64,000 bases of DNA from Candidatus Poriferisocius sp. (GTDB taxonomy: Bacteria > Actinomycetota > Acidimicrobiia > Acidimicrobiales > Bin134): NCBI RefSeq assembly GCF_965202595.1, contig NZ_OZ241836.1:1104357-1168356 (forward strand), written 5' to 3'. The first letter of the stretch is position 1, and each line of letters opens with the position of its first letter. Shown here piece after piece: positions 8,616 to 17,993 of this stretch. The position numbers were made by a program, and so were the translations under genes. The notes under the pieces are model-generated. The model had not been told where the DNA came from and searched no databases. It saw nothing but the letters and a program-made list of their open reading frames with translations.

Positions 8616-10385
8616 GCGCCAGGTTCTCAGTAGCTTGAAGAACTCCTGGGCACCGCCGCCGTAGGTGCCACCGAACCAGCCGGGGCCTTCGTCGGGCTTG
8701 CCTTCGTTGTTGTAGTAGCCAGGGGTGCATGACTCCAGGAAACCGGCCCGGCGGTAGGCCGATTCGAGGATGAGCCGTACCCAGTCGGCCTCGGCCTGCT
8801 CGGTGGGCTCAACGGTTTCGGCACCGGACGACAGCACCTGGTTGATGATGTAGGCCACGTGTTGACTCTGCTCGTTGTAAAGCTCGGTGAAGTTGGGGGA
8901 AACCCCCGACTGGATGCCGCCCATGTGAAGCAGGTTGGGGTATCCCCGGCTGATTACACCGTGGAAGGTGGACATGCCGTCGCTCCACCGCTCGGTCAGC
9001 GTAACTCCGCCCCGGCCGTGGATGTCGCAGCCGGCCCGGTGGGAGTAGTCGGTGCCCACCTCGAACCCGGTGGCGAATATCAAGCAATCCAGCTCGTACT
9101 CCCGGCCGCCTGCCACCACCCCAAGGGGGGTGATGCGCTCAACCCCCCGGCCATCGGTGTCCACCAGCGTGACGTTGGGACGGTTGAAAGTGGGTAGGTA
9201 GTCGTCATGGAAGCAGGGGCGCTTGCAGAATTGACGGTAGTAGGGCTTGAGCGCTTCGGCGGTGGTGGGATCTTTCACCAGCTCGTCAACTCGTGACCGG
9301 ATCTGTTCCATCTTCTGGAAATCGGCCAGCTCCATGGCTTCGGCCACCTCTTCGGGGGTGCCGAGGCGCGCACTCTCCCCCAGCGCGGTGAGGTTGCGCA
9401 GGATGTCGGTCCAGCCGTCGCTGACCAGATCCTCCTCCTGCATGCTGCCGGCCACGATGTGGCCGAAGTTCTCGATACGGTGTTGTTGCCAGCCGGGTTC
9501 CAGGGTGGTGGACCACTCCGGGTCGGTGGGACGGTTGCCCCTCACGTCGATGGACGACGGGGTTCTCTGGAATACGTAAAGGTGCCGGGCGGCCTCACCC
9601 AGATGGGGGATGCACTGCACCGCGGTGGCTCCGGTGCCGATCACCCCGACCACCTTGCCGGACAGCTTGGTCAGGTTCCCGTTGGTGTTGCCCCCGGTAT
9701 AGCTGTAGTCCCACCGGCTGGTGTGGAACGAATGGCCCTCGAAAGTCCCGAGGCCGCTGATGCCCGGCAGCTTGGGCCGGCTCAGCGGACCGATGGCCAT
9801 CACCACGAACCGGGCCCGCATCCGGTCCCGGTGGTTGGTGTGCAGCACCCACCGGTTGCCGGCCTCATCCCAGTGCATCTCGTGTACGCGGGTGCCGAAG
9901 CAGGCATCCCGGTACAGGTCGAAGTGGCGGCCGAGTGATTTGCAGTGCTCCAGGATTTCGGGACCGTAGGAGTACTTCTCCTTGGGCATGTAGTCCAGTT
10001 CCTCCAGCAGGGGCAAGTAGATGTACGACTCGATATCGCATTGCACTCCGGGGTACTGGTTCCAGTACCAGGTGCCGCCGAACTCGGCTCCGGTCTCGAT
10101 CATCCGGATGCTCTCCACCCCGTGCTGGCGCAGTCGCGCTCCCGCCAGCAAACCGCTGAAACCGGTGCCGATTATGGCTACATCCACCTCATCGGTGAGC
10201 GGGGCCCTGGTGATGCCGGCATCCGCGGGATCATCCAGATAGCGGGAGAACTTCCCGTCCGTAGCTACGTACTGGTCGTTGCCGTCGGCCCGCAGGCGCT
10301 TGTCCCGTTCCTGGCGGTACTTGTCCCTGAGGGCGCTGGGATTGAAACCCATTTGAGTGGCGGTGGAGGAGAGGTCGCGGGTCAT
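8580..10385 (-). CDS. Baeyer-Villiger (flavin-containing, NADPH-dependent) monooxygenase
   Basis: Contains GTGFSG and GTGATA Rossmann motifs and the BVMO fingerprint FEGHSFHTSRWD. Confidence 0.85.
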   Translation of the reverse strand: MTRDLSSTATQMGFNPSALRDKYRQERDKRLRADGNDQYVATDGKFSRYLDDPADAGITRAPLTDEVDVAIIGTGFSGLLAGARLRQHGVESIRMIETGAEFGGTWYWNQYPGVQCDIESYIYLPLLEELDYMPKEKYSYGPEILEHCKSLGRHFDLYRDACFGTRVHEMHWDEAGNRWVLHTNHRDRMRARFVVMAIGPLSRPKLPGISGLGTFEGHSFHTSRWDYSYTGGNTNGNLTKLSGKVVGVIGTGATAVQCIPHLGEAARHLYVFQRTPSSIDVRGNRPTDPEWSTTLEPGWQQHRIENFGHIVAGSMQEEDLVSDGWTDILRNLTALGESARLGTPEEVAEAMELADFQKMEQIRSRVDELVKDPTTAEALKPYYRQFCKRPCFHDDYLPTFNRPNVTLVDTDGRGVERITPLGVVAGGREYELDCLIFATGFEVGTDYSHRAGCDIHGRGGVTLTERWSDGMSTFHGVISRGYPNLLHMGGIQSGVSPNFTELYNEQSQHVAYIINQVLSSGAETVEPTEQAEADWVRLILESAYRRAGFLESCTPGYYNNEGKPDEGPGWFGGTYGGGAQEFFKLLRTWRDEGALEGLVLS

Positions 10386-10405
10386 GGCTCACTACGATAG
10401 GGTTC

Positions 10406-10864
10406 ATGTCCTTCGAGGCCCGATTTGATCTACGAGGAGTTGACTGGACCCACATGGAGGGAGGTCCGGAGTTCGACTATCCCATCGAATACGATGTGGC
10501 TGTCCTCGGCTCGCAGCCAGATCATGGTTCACTCGACCTGCTGGTGCGGTTCGCCCCCAATTCCCACTGCCACTTCCACCGCCATGTGGCCGCCACCCGC
10601 ACCCTGGTGCTCCAGGGTGAGCATCACGTTTTCGATGTCGAGCCCGGCGGCGGGATCGTCCACAAGGTCAAGCCCGCTGGTACCTATGGCCAGAGCCCCG
10701 GTGGGGAGGTTCACATGGAGCGGGGCGGGCCCGACGGGGCCATCGTACTGTTCGCCCTGCACTCCCCCACCGGCGTGCTGTTCGAGTCGCTCGACAGCGA
10801 CCGCAACATCATGGCCGTTTCCACCATCGAGTCGATGGCCGAGGGGCCTCTCATGGGCGGCTAG
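10406..10864 (+). CDS. small cupin-like hypothetical protein
   Basis: A 152-aa ORF with an HCHFHRH...GEHH His-rich beta-barrel-like core. No confident family assignment. Confidence 0.45.
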   Translation: MSFEARFDLRGVDWTHMEGGPEFDYPIEYDVAVLGSQPDHGSLDLLVRFAPNSHCHFHRHVAATRTLVLQGEHHVFDVEPGGGIVHKVKPAGTYGQSPGGEVHMERGGPDGAIVLFALHSPTGVLFESLDSDRNIMAVSTIESMAEGPLMGG

Positions 10865-10865
10865 C

Positions 10866-10956
10866 CCGAACTTGTTGGATCGCGGACCTCATCGGATTAC
10901 CGAACTTGTTGGATCGCGGACCTCATCGGATTACCGAACTTGTTGGATCGCGGACC
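10866..10956. repeat. 34-bp tandem repeat (about 2.7 copies) starting 2 nt after the cupin stop codon
   Basis: CCGAACTTGTTGGATCGCGGACCTCATCGGATTA occurs at 10866, 10900 and 10934 (partial). It lies between convergent genes. Confidence 0.9.
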
Positions 10957-11004
10957 GGATACGAATCGCGATACCGGTGCTCGCCTGCGCTATCCGGTTC
11001 TTTC

Positions 11005-11472
11005 CTACCGCCGGGCGAAACCCGCGGTCACCGCCCTAGCTGTGGTGGCCAGCAGGGTCGGGGCAATGGGAAAGCAAGAGTTGGGGGTTCCCGCCGCGGC
11101 CCACACGGTGTCGTAGGCCAGCAGATCCTCGTCGATCCAGGTGGGCAGCGGGTTTACATGCCCGAACGGAGGGGTGCCCCCGATGGCAAAGCCGGTGGCC
11201 GACCGAACGGTTTCGGGGTCGGCCAGGCTTATCCGACCCCCGACCAGCGCTCCCAGGCGGTCGGTGTCCACCTGGTTGGTTCCCGAGGTGAGGGCCAGAA
11301 CCAACCGGGACGGAGAGGCGAACACCAGTGACTTCACGATCTGGCCCAAATCGCATCCCACGGCGGCAGCCGCATCGGCCGCCGTCCGGGTGCTCGCCGG
11401 GTACTGCACCAGTGCTACCGGAACCCCGAGTTCCCCCGCCGCCGCCCGGAACCGCTCGATTCCATCAGCCAT
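11005..11472 (-). CDS. YbaK/EbsC-type aminoacyl-tRNA editing (deacylase) domain protein
   Basis: A 155-aa protein with ...IVKSLVF...LTSG...GGTPPFGH..., typical of the YbaK/ProX fold. It overlaps the upstream MBL gene by 8 nt. Confidence 0.7.
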   Translation of the reverse strand: MADGIERFRAAAGELGVPVALVQYPASTRTAADAAAAVGCDLGQIVKSLVFASPSRLVLALTSGTNQVDTDRLGALVGGRISLADPETVRSATGFAIGGTPPFGHVNPLPTWIDEDLLAYDTVWAAAGTPNSCFPIAPTLLATTARAVTAGFARR

Positions 11473-12349
11473 GGCTGGTCACGGTTCCGGGGGAGGATCC
11501 CGGTGCGGGGGCTTGGAACACCCAACGGTTGCCGGTGCGGGACAGGTGGCCGCAACCGGGGCCGGCGAAGTGGGTGCCGAGGATGAGCACGCCGGAGTCG
11601 GCGTAGCGTTCCCGGAACTCCACCCGGGTGGCGGAGGCTCGTGACGGATCGTCGTCGGCGGTCATGATCCAATCCGGGGCGGCGAACTGCACCGGATGGT
11701 GGACCAGGTCACCGGTGATTACCGCCTCCTGGCCCCGGGATGAGATTTGGACGCTGACATGGCCAGGGGTATGGCCCGGCGTGGGCATGAGGCGGATCTC
11801 GCCGGTGACCTGGTGGTGACTGTCCACGAGGTCGGCCAAGCCGGCCTCCATTACCGGCTGCACAGCGTCGCCAAAGGTTACCGCTGCCCCCTCCGCCCCG
11901 GAGTCCCAGTAGTCGTACTCGGTGCGGTTGAACAGGTAGCGGGCGTTGGGGAAGGCCGGCACCCACTTGGCATCCACGAGGATGGTATTCCAGCCCACAT
12001 GATCAAAGTGCAGGTGGGTGCAGAGCACCACATCGATATCGGGGGGTTCATACCCGGCGGCGGCCAACTCGTCGAGGAATCCGGTGCCGAGGTGGCTCAT
12101 CTGGGGAACCATCTCGATGGGCCGGTTGCCGATGCAGGTGTCCACCATCACGGTTTGGCCCTCGGACTCCAGTACCAGGGCGTGAATGGACAGCGGCAGG
12201 TTGCCGGACTCCTCCATGAAGTGGGGTTTCAACCAGTCGGCGTTGGCCTCGAACACTGCCATGTCGGGGTTCGTGTACATGCCGGTGGCGGGGACGCTTT
12301 GCAGGGTCTCCCGTATCAGGGTGACCTTCACGTCACCGATTGGCATCAT
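11465..12349 (-). CDS. MBL-fold metallo-hydrolase (lactonase-like)
   Basis: Contains the HLHFDHVGWN zinc-binding motif and a downstream TPGHTPGH. Confidence 0.8.
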   Translation of the reverse strand: MMPIGDVKVTLIRETLQSVPATGMYTNPDMAVFEANADWLKPHFMEESGNLPLSIHALVLESEGQTVMVDTCIGNRPIEMVPQMSHLGTGFLDELAAAGYEPPDIDVVLCTHLHFDHVGWNTILVDAKWVPAFPNARYLFNRTEYDYWDSGAEGAAVTFGDAVQPVMEAGLADLVDSHHQVTGEIRLMPTPGHTPGHVSVQISSRGQEAVITGDLVHHPVQFAAPDWIMTADDDPSRASATRVEFRERYADSGVLILGTHFAGPGCGHLSRTGNRWVFQAPAPGSSPGTVTSHG

Positions 12350-12422
12350 GTCCGGGTGACCTTCACATCACCGATTGGCATCATGTCCGGGTGACCTTCA
12401 CATCATCAATTGGCATCATGTC
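12321..12422 (-). repeat. 35-bp x3 duplication of the MBL start codon region, creating two 12-aa ATGA-coupled uORFs
   Basis: ATGATGCCAAT(C/T)G(G/A)TGA(T/C)GTGAAGGTCACCC units have ATGs at 12419, 12384 and 12349. The upstream copies read MMPI(D/G)DVKVTRT-TGA, with the TGA overlapping the next ATG. Confidence 0.9.
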
Positions 12423-12525
12423 GGCCATGCTCATCCTCCAAAGATTATGCACTGGCCACCGGGGGCGAGCCATCGTGGATGGGAGGATGGGCAGGTTCGT
12501 ATGGTTATGAATGTTATGGGTATGA

Positions 12526-13599
12526 ATGGGTGAGGATGAGCCGGTGATCGCCATGCCTGCTGTTCAAACCATCGAGGAATGGGTGGAGCTGGCTCATACC
12601 GAGGGGCTGACAGACGGGTTGCCGGTGTATCCCCCCACCCGAGCCGCGGTGGATGCCCTGGTGATGGCCTCGGGCCGGGATCCCGGCCTGTTGCTGGGAG
12701 CCATCCCCCCGAGGGGCGGGGCGGCCACTGTAGAAGTATTGGCCGCCAACGCGGCCATGGCCGGATGCCGGCCCGAGCATTTCGAGGTGGTGCTGTCCGC
12801 CGTCGAGGCCATGCTGGAGGATCGTTTCAACCTGCGAGGGGTGGTCACCACTACCCACCCGTGCTGGCCGTTGATCATCGTGTCGGGACCGGTGGTCGAG
12901 CAGTTGCAAATGGCGCATGCCGAGTCGGTGTTCAGCGGTGGTGGAGCTCACGCCGGTGCGGCTATCGGCCGGGCGGTCAAGCTCATCTTGTGGAACGTGG
13001 GGGGAGCCACTCCCGGCGAGCCGGTCAAGGAGGTTTTGGGGCATCCCGGCCGTTATGCCTTCTGTGTAGCCGAGTCACCGGCCGGCCCGTGGCCTCCCTT
13101 GCACCAGGCCCGGGGGATAAAAGCCGGCAGCGGGGTAACGGTGTTCGCTTGCGAATCCCCCACCAGCGTGGCCCTGTGGGGAACGGACGACACCCCGAGC
13201 AATCGCCTGGCCCAGTTGGCCGATGCCATGGCCCTCAAGGGGGGCAACAACACCCACACCATGGGCGAGATCCTGGTGATCTTCACCCCCAACGAGGCCC
13301 GTCACCTGTTTGAGCAAGGTTATGACCGGGAGGCGGTGCAACTGGATCTGTGGCAGAGGGCCCGGCGGCGAATCGGGGATCTGCTGGCCCCGGGACTCCC
13401 TCCCTACAACTGGTGGCCGGCCTGGGTGGATGCCGGCGACCCCGACACGCTGGTTCCGGTGACCGAGCGACCCGAGGACATCCACGTGGTGGTCACCGGG
13501 GCCGAGTCCATACCCTGGATGGCGGTGTGCGCCGGCTGGGGAAACCTGGGAGGCCATGCCGTCAGCCGGGCGCTCGACGAGGGCACCGGGCAGGATTGA
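12526..13599 (+). CDS. conserved hypothetical protein (357 aa) immediately upstream of a UGSC selenoprotein gene
   Basis: A clean 357-aa ORF with high-GC third positions. I recognise no family. The ATG at 12526 is preceded by a 15-bp x2 ATG-rich repeat at 12501-12530. Confidence 0.5.
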   Translation: MGEDEPVIAMPAVQTIEEWVELAHTEGLTDGLPVYPPTRAAVDALVMASGRDPGLLLGAIPPRGGAATVEVLAANAAMAGCRPEHFEVVLSAVEAMLEDRFNLRGVVTTTHPCWPLIIVSGPVVEQLQMAHAESVFSGGGAHAGAAIGRAVKLILWNVGGATPGEPVKEVLGHPGRYAFCVAESPAGPWPPLHQARGIKAGSGVTVFACESPTSVALWGTDDTPSNRLAQLADAMALKGGNNTHTMGEILVIFTPNEARHLFEQGYDREAVQLDLWQRARRRIGDLLAPGLPPYNWWPAWVDAGDPDTLVPVTERPEDIHVVVTGAESIPWMAVCAGWGNLGGHAVSRALDEGTGQD

Positions 13600-13725
13600 A
13601 AGCAGTTGGTTGGGTGATCAACAAGGTCGGGGGGGGGGGGGCAAGTGATCGGGGCCAGAGAAGTGCAGGCGTTCTGGCGTGAATTGAAAGTGTTCGGCAA
13701 GATCGGGGGATGCAAGTGATCGGGG
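13595..13725 (+). repeat. diverged duplication of the stop/start junction between the hypothetical gene and the UGSC gene, containing a G13 tract
   Basis: ATTGAAAG...CAAGTGATCGGGG occurs at about 13595-13654 and about 13683-13725. In the upstream copy, the GGGGGATG of the real start is replaced by a G13 run at 13629-13641. Confidence 0.75.
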
Positions 13726-14258
13726 AGTTGGTGGATCCTCGAGGAGTGGTGATGATCGGCGGGGCCGGGTTGGCCGCCCGGCGGGGCCATACCCGGGGAC
13801 CGCTGATCATCGGGTTCCTGGTCAACGAGTTCAATCCCTCGTCAGGGCCCGACTTCACCCGTTATACCGAGGTGCTGGAGCAAAAGTTCCGGCATCGTCT
13901 GGACGTGACCGCGGTGATCCGCCGGCACAAGCCGCTGCTCAGTCGACCGGCGGGTGATGAGATGCTGGCCTCGTTCCGGGCCTGCGCGGGGGTGGTCAAC
14001 GGTCTGGCCAAATGAGGCTCATGCACGTCGGGCAGTGTGCTCGATGCCGTGAACCTGGAGAAGTTGGGCATCCCCACCGTAACTTTGGTCACCGAGCCGT
14101 TCACCGTGGCTGCTGGCACCGTGGCCCGATCCCTGGGCATGCCCGATGTTCCCCGGGTGGCGGTACCCCATGATTATCTCACCGAGAGCGACGGCACCAT
14201 TGCCAGAAAACTCGAGCCCCTGGTGGATCGAATCCTGGATCAACTGCTGATCCGCTGA
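13710..14258 (+). CDS. UGSC-family selenoprotein; in-frame TGA at 14013-14015 read as selenocysteine
   Basis: Track ORF 13710..14015 ends ...VVNGLAK-TGA. The same frame continues GSCTSGSVLDAVNLEKLGIPTVTLVTEPF..., which is track ORF 14037..14258. This gives K-U-G-S-C, with architecture parallel to 10..543. Confidence 0.8.
14016..14048 (+). other. candidate SECIS-like imperfect hairpin immediately 3' of UGA 14013-14015
   Basis: In GGCTCATGCACGTCGGGCAGTGTGCTCGATGCC, the core GCACGT pairs with GTGTGC (with G-U pairs) around a 6-nt G-rich loop, and the outer GGC pairs with GCC. Hand-folded only. Confidence 0.3.
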
Positions 14259-14277
14259 CCGGATTGCCCGGCGGTGC

Positions 14278-14357
14278 TGCTGTCTGGTGGTTTCGCTGTC
14301 CGGCGGTTTCGCTGTCCGGCGGTTTTGCTGTCCGGCGGTTTTGCTGTCCGGCTGGTT
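14278..14357. repeat. 16-bp x5 tandem repeat filling the convergent intergenic gap
   Basis: GCTGTC(C/T)GG(C/T)GGTTT(C/T) units lie between the UGSC stop (14258) and the dioxygenase stop (14364). Confidence 0.9.
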
Positions 14358-14363
14358 GGGCGA

Positions 14364-15572
14364 TCAGCCGTCCAGAGCCTGCATTTCCTCAGGGCTGCGG
14401 ATGCGGCCGCCGTCGCGGAAGAGGATGTCGTTGTAACCCTGGCCGGGGGGAATGAACTCGGCCCAGAGGGCCTTGTGGTAACTGATGTAGACCGTCCGGC
14501 GTCCCCCCGATTTGGGGGCAGCGGTGGGAGGAGGGGCGGCGTGCATGGTGTGGCCGAAATGGACGGTGACATCGCCGGGTGAGGCGTTGATGGCCACCGT
14601 GGGCCAGTTGTCGCGAACCTGGCGGGACCGGTTGGTGGAATTGTAGGAACCGGCCAGGAAATGAAGTCTGCCGTTGTCCTCGTTGCATTCATCGAGCTGG
14701 ATACCCACGTTGGCCGTGGGGCAGGTTATGGAGTGTCCCCCGGTGCCGCAGTCCCGGTGCCAGGGCAGGTCCGCCAGCCCCTCCACGATCCGGGGCAGCT
14801 TGATGACCACCGATACGCCATCACCCCTTTCGGGATAGGCGGCGAGATCATCCCCGGCCAGCGCGGCGATGGCATCCAGCCGACGATCGTCGGTCAACCC
14901 GAACATCAGTTCACTGCGGTCATCCATATGGGTGACCCGGCAGCACACCTCCTCACCGTCGGCGTTCACCGCCCACCAGGAACGGTGATCATCGGGGGTG
15001 GCCAGACTCCTCAGACGCTCCACCTCCTCCCGCAGATCCTCCACCTCCCCGGCGCTGAAGACCCCCCGGATGTGGAGGAATCCAGCTTCGGTTAGGAACC
15101 GGCGCATCTCCTCGGGATCATCGTCGGGAGCAAAGCTGCGGTCCAGGTCCACTGTGGGGGTCCATCCCTCATACAGGGGGCGGCCGTGGTACATGGCCAG
15201 CAGCACCGGCTCGAAGTCCTCGAACAGTCCGAAGTCGCCCCGAACCATTACTGCGGCCTCGGCATATAGCAGGCCGACCCAGGTCCACAGCTCGGCCACG
15301 TAGTTGCACCAATCCTGCTCGCTCACCTCCACCACTACATCGGCGTCGTCGCCGGGTCGGATCTCCACATCATCCTCGCCGACTATGTAGGTCACCGAAC
15401 GCCCGTCGATCAGCCGCCACGCGAAGCTCTTGGCCAGGGCCCCGGCTCCGATGCCGGCGGCCAGAGGCCCGTTGCCCGCAACCAGGCGTCGAGGCAACTC
15501 AACGGTGTGGAAGGAGTCGAAGTCCAAGGAGTCGAAAAAAGGAAGTCGAGGTGCGTGTTCCACAACAGCCAT
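14364..15572 (-). CDS. phytanoyl-CoA dioxygenase (PhyH) family Fe(II)/2-oxoglutarate oxygenase
   Basis: The C-terminal half carries a WHRD...H (LPWHRDCG ... VHFGHTMH) facial-triad-like pattern typical of PhyH. The N-terminal approximately 150-aa domain is unassigned. Confidence 0.65.
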   Translation of the reverse strand: MAVVEHAPRLPFFDSLDFDSFHTVELPRRLVAGNGPLAAGIGAGALAKSFAWRLIDGRSVTYIVGEDDVEIRPGDDADVVVEVSEQDWCNYVAELWTWVGLLYAEAAVMVRGDFGLFEDFEPVLLAMYHGRPLYEGWTPTVDLDRSFAPDDDPEEMRRFLTEAGFLHIRGVFSAGEVEDLREEVERLRSLATPDDHRSWWAVNADGEEVCCRVTHMDDRSELMFGLTDDRRLDAIAALAGDDLAAYPERGDGVSVVIKLPRIVEGLADLPWHRDCGTGGHSITCPTANVGIQLDECNEDNGRLHFLAGSYNSTNRSRQVRDNWPTVAINASPGDVTVHFGHTMHAAPPPTAAPKSGGRRTVYISYHKALWAEFIPPGQGYNDILFRDGGRIRSPEEMQALDG

Positions 15573-15682
15573 GGAGGCACTCTACCCAAAACTACCCCCT
15601 ATCCAAGCAACCCCTTGGGTAGGGCCCTGCCGGCGGGGACCATGACAGGGAGGCTAGGTCAAAAGGCCGTAGGGTGGTGGGG

Positions 15683-16405
15683 ATGGCTGAACAGGGTCAC
15701 CGGTTAACTGGCTGGGCCGGTCGAGACGAAGAGGCTCCGGCTCTGGTACCCGCGGCCACCGTGGTGCTTTTGAGAGACGCTCCTGGCGGCTTGGAGACCC
15801 TGATGATGAGGCGCAGTTCCCGGCTCAGCTTCGTCGGTGGAATGTGGGTGTTCCCCGGCGGCCGGGTGGACGACGGTGATTACCCTGCCGACCAACCCGA
15901 CGACATTTTGCGGGCCAGCCAGGCGGCCGCGGTGCGGGAGGCTGCCGAGGAGGCCGATCTGGCTGTCGCCGCCGACCAGCTTGTGCCCTATTCCCATTGG
16001 GTGCCCCCCACCACGATTCCCAAGCGATTCGCCACCTGGTTTTTTCTTGCCCCCGCACCCGCTGGTGCGGTGACCGTGGACGGGGGCGAGATAAAGGAGC
16101 ACGCCTGGTGGCATCCGGCCGAGGCCCTGGACCGCCATGCCGCCGGGGAGATCGAGATCGTTCCTCCCACCTACATCACCATCATGGAATTGGCCGAGCA
16201 CCCCACTGTCGCCGATGCCCTGGCTGCTGCTCACCGCCGGGCCGAAAACATCCCTCACTACGTTACCCACATCGCACTGGACGGAAAGGTTCCGGTGTCG
16301 TTGTGGCACGGCGATGCCGGATACGACACCCATGATCCCGGTGTTCCCGGCTCCCGTCACCGGCTCACCCTGGCGGAGGGTGGTTGGCGGTTCGAGCGGA
16401 CATGA
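15683..16405 (+). CDS. NUDIX hydrolase
   Basis: Nudix box GGRVDDGD...AAVREAAEEADL. The TGA at 16403-16405 overlaps the ATG of the next gene. Confidence 0.8.
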   Translation: MAEQGHRLTGWAGRDEEAPALVPAATVVLLRDAPGGLETLMMRRSSRLSFVGGMWVFPGGRVDDGDYPADQPDDILRASQAAAVREAAEEADLAVAADQLVPYSHWVPPTTIPKRFATWFFLAPAPAGAVTVDGGEIKEHAWWHPAEALDRHAAGEIEIVPPTYITIMELAEHPTVADALAAAHRRAENIPHYVTHIALDGKVPVSLWHGDAGYDTHDPGVPGSRHRLTLAEGGWRFERT

Positions 16406-17853
16406 GCGATTGCGTTCCCCTCCAAGCAGTGGCCCCCCGCCGGGCCGCGAAATTACGGGCAAAGCGGTGGCGTATCGCGAGTTGCGTTCCCCTCCAAGCA
16501 GTGGCCTCCCGCCGGGGGGTGGTTCTGTTCACGGCCGCCGTGGTTATGGCGATCATCGGTGCCTGCGGGTCTGGTTCCCCCGGCTCCCCCGGCTCCCCTG
16601 CCGCGGTCACACCTCCGGTAGTCTCCGAGCCCGGATTCGCGGTCACGCCGTACCCTGATCCCGGTTCGGTTGTCCATGCCGACCCGGTTTACCGGCTGGA
16701 CGGCAACCGGATAACAGAAGGCTCCGGGTTGGGTACCGGGTTCATTAACCAGGTCACTACCAAGGACTTGAGCCTGGATGATGTCCCCACCTGGATAACC
16801 GGGGCCAGTACCCCGGCAGGGGATGTCTGGGTGGTAGCCCTGGCTGACGGAACGACAGTGGGCTACCGCGTACCGGTTGGTGGGCAGCCGGTGGAGATCG
16901 ACATTGTCGGCGACCGGCTGAACCCCGGCCAACCGCCGATGCTGGCCATCCAGGGAAACTCGGTGCGCTTGGCCACCACCCCGGCCAACGCACTGTCCAG
17001 CGGTGTCCCGGTGTATCTCAACCAGGACCGCACCGCCTATGTGGACAACCTCCAGCGGTTCACCGTCCTGGAGGCCGACGGCACGCTGTGGCGCCCCGAT
17101 CTGGAAGTGCTGCCCGACACCCGGATGGTTCAGGTCAGCCCGGAGAAAGTGCTGTTACTGGCCGGACCCACCAACCGCTATCCCCATTCCGCCCTGGGTG
17201 ACAACCTGGAGGCCACTTCGGTGGTGGCGGTCACGGTTGGGGTGAACGAGCTCGAAACCATCTACCGATCCGGGGATGATGTCATCGAGACCATCGCCCC
17301 CCTGCTGGCCGATGTGGACGGGGACGGGATCGATGATGTGGTGCTCACCGTCAGCAACGATGCCGGAATCAGGATCGTGGTTGTTTCGAGCACCGGCGGA
17401 GGCGTGGTGGCAACCAGCGATCCCACCGACCGCCTGCTGGGCTGGCGGCAGCTCATCGCGGTGGGACCGCTGGGACCCGACGGGGGGACCGAGATCGCCG
17501 AGATCCTCCATCCCAGCACCGATGGCTCGGTAAGGTTCCTCAAGCGGAACGGACCCGGCCTGGATGTGGTCGCCCAGAAAGTTGGCTATCGATCCCACGA
17601 ATTCGGAACCCGCAACCTCGAGCAAGCCCTGGTTGTAGACGCCGATCGGGACGGCCATCCGGAAGTGGTCGTTCCCACCCTGGACCGGCAATCCATGGCC
17701 GGGGTGCGTCACGCCCCCGATGGGGCGGCGGAGATGTGGGTTCGCCCTCTGGGGGGGACGCTGGCCACCAACATCGCCGCTCTCACCCGTCCCGACGGTA
17801 CCTTATCCCTCGCAGCCGGAACCCGGGAAGGTTCGCTGCGTATATGGCAATGA
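16402..17853 (+). CDS. secreted lipoprotein with FG-GAP/VCBS-like repeats
   Basis: Lipobox-like ...VVMAIIGAC followed by GSGSPGSPGSP. Contains DVDGDGIDDVVL and DADRDGHPEVVV Ca-binding-like repeats. The N-terminus contains a 72-bp in-frame duplication. Confidence 0.6.
   Translation: MSDCVPLQAVAPRRAAKLRAKRWRIASCVPLQAVASRRGVVLFTAAVVMAIIGACGSGSPGSPGSPAAVTPPVVSEPGFAVTPYPDPGSVVHADPVYRLDGNRITEGSGLGTGFINQVTTKDLSLDDVPTWITGASTPAGDVWVVALADGTTVGYRVPVGGQPVEIDIVGDRLNPGQPPMLAIQGNSVRLATTPANALSSGVPVYLNQDRTAYVDNLQRFTVLEADGTLWRPDLEVLPDTRMVQVSPEKVLLLAGPTNRYPHSALGDNLEATSVVAVTVGVNELETIYRSGDDVIETIAPLLADVDGDGIDDVVLTVSNDAGIRIVVVSSTGGGVVATSDPTDRLLGWRQLIAVGPLGPDGGTEIAEILHPSTDGSVRFLKRNGPGLDVVAQKVGYRSHEFGTRNLEQALVVDADRDGHPEVVVPTLDRQSMAGVRHAPDGAAEMWVRPLGGTLATNIAALTRPDGTLSLAAGTREGSLRIWQ
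16407..16516 (+). repeat. 72-bp in-frame duplication (about 1.5 copies) of the lipoprotein 5' end
   Basis: TTGCGTTCCCCTCCAAGCAGTGGCC(C/T)CCCGCCGGG occurs at 16410 and 16482. It encodes CVPLQAVA(P/S)RR twice. Confidence 0.9.
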
Positions 17854-17981
17854 GCACCTGGCTATCCGGTAGTGCGTATATGGCAATGAGCACCTGGGTA
17901 TCCGGTAGTGCGTATATGGCAGTAAGCACCTGGGTATCCGGTAGTGCGTATATGGCAGTAAGCACCTGGCTATCGGGTAGT
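17838..17981 (+). repeat. 36-bp x4 tandem copies of the lipoprotein 3' terminus, filling the whole intergenic gap to the ATPase
   Basis: GCGTATATGGCA(A/G)T(G/A)AGCACCTGG(C/G)TATC(C/G)GGTAGT occurs at 17838, 17874, 17910 and 17946. Each copy keeps RIWQ-stop, as CAA TGA or CAG TAA. Confidence 0.95.
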
Positions 17982-17993
17982 TTCCCATCCTGA
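17850..17993 (+). other. repeat-encoded 47-aa linker ORF, overlapped at both ends with the flanking genes
   Basis: The ATG at 17850-17852 overlaps the lipoprotein TGA at 17851-17853 (ATGA). The ORF runs in frame through all four repeats (STW(L/V)SGSAYMA(M/V)). Its TGA at 17991-17993 overlaps the ATPase ATG at 17993-17995 (TGATG). Confidence 0.6.
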
